This document shows, piece after piece, positions 63,623-64,000 of a stretch of 64,000 bases of DNA. The notes below the pieces were generated by a model that worked only from the letters and a program-made list of their open reading frames with translations, ran no database searches and was not told where the DNA came from. A program made the translations under genes and the position numbers. The stretch is from Candidatus Latescibacterota bacterium (GTDB lineage Bacteria; Latescibacterota; UBA2968; GCA-2709665), in assembly GCA_965219455.1 (NCBI GenBank), contig OZ244744.1, forward strand, positions 288,001-352,000, given 5' to 3'. The stretch's first letter is position 1, and the number at the start of each line of letters is the position of its first letter.

Positions 63623-64000
63623 TCAGCGCCGCTTGCGCCAGACGCCAATCCCGATGACGACGGGTATGGCCGGAATAATCACAACGGACAGCCACGTAAG
63701 CCACCAAAGGTCCTCTGCCGACATGATAACCCCCCGAAAGGCCCACATTTTCGGGCGGATCGAGATCAGATCTCCCTCCTCCATCAGCCAACTCACCGCG
63801 TTCATGAACAAGTCTCCGTTACCCACCGTATCGAAGAACTCGTTGCCCGCAAAATCAGAGTCTCCAAAGACGACAACCCGCGTGTGGCGCAACCCCACGT
63901 CGGAGGATCGAAAGCGACGATATTTCGGCCTGTCGATCGTGGCGACCGCCACCGACGCGGGGCCCGGCGTATCCAGTCCCTGATCGAAAACCGGTGACGC
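63623..64000 (-). CDS. GldG-like ABC-type uncharacterised transporter auxiliary component (C-terminal part, truncated at window edge)
   Basis: RVVVFGDSDFA.N..GNGDLFMNAVSWL..LISIRPK + C-terminal TM ending WRKRR; frame open to the window end. Confidence 0.82.
   Translation of the reverse strand, partial: ASPVFDQGLDTPGPASVAVATIDRPKYRRFRSSDVGLRHTRVVVFGDSDFAGNEFFDTVGNGDLFMNAVSWLMEEGDLISIRPKMWAFRGVIMSAEDLWWLTWLSVVIIPAIPVVIGIGVWRKRR

Overview
Core-genome window (~58% GC by eye) from a diderm bacterium. The bamD-nadD adjacency, Bat operon and propeller-PP2C sensor suggest an FCB-superphylum lineage such as Ca. Latescibacterota; this is inference, not a database result. Positions 1-20 kb hold housekeeping genes: GT2, zapA, nadD, bamD, rbsK, an aldo/keto reductase, a HAD hydrolase, large-type purL, folD, a propeller-PP2C sensor, an adk-like kinase, a dapA-like gene, greA, rlmD and a GHL10 hydrolase. 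Positions 20.4-50.9 kb are one contiguous minus-strand translation/transcription supercluster: tRNA-Tyr/Gly/Thr, rpmG, tRNA-Trp, secE-nusG, rplKAJL, rpoBC, then the str, S10, spc and alpha operons. Positions 51-64 kb carry a sugar isomerase, a DUF4013-like protein, metB and thrC, batA-E and the end of a GldG/DUF4340 cluster. Four signals stand out. (1) A plant-like O-phosphohomoserine branch point: plant-type thrC beside a plant-type cystathionine gamma-synthase whose own promoter drives a SAM-II riboswitch wired to a transcription terminator/antiterminator. (2) Natural substitutions at antibiotic-resistance positions in RpoB (D516Q, S522D, S574N; E. coli numbering) and S12 (K88R, G92S). (3) Two families of MITE-like repeats, including one inserted with a 4-bp target duplication right after rpmJ and one chimeric copy. 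(4) Small orphan ORFs and structured leaders with their own promoters. Family assignments rest on motifs recognised by eye; no searches were run.
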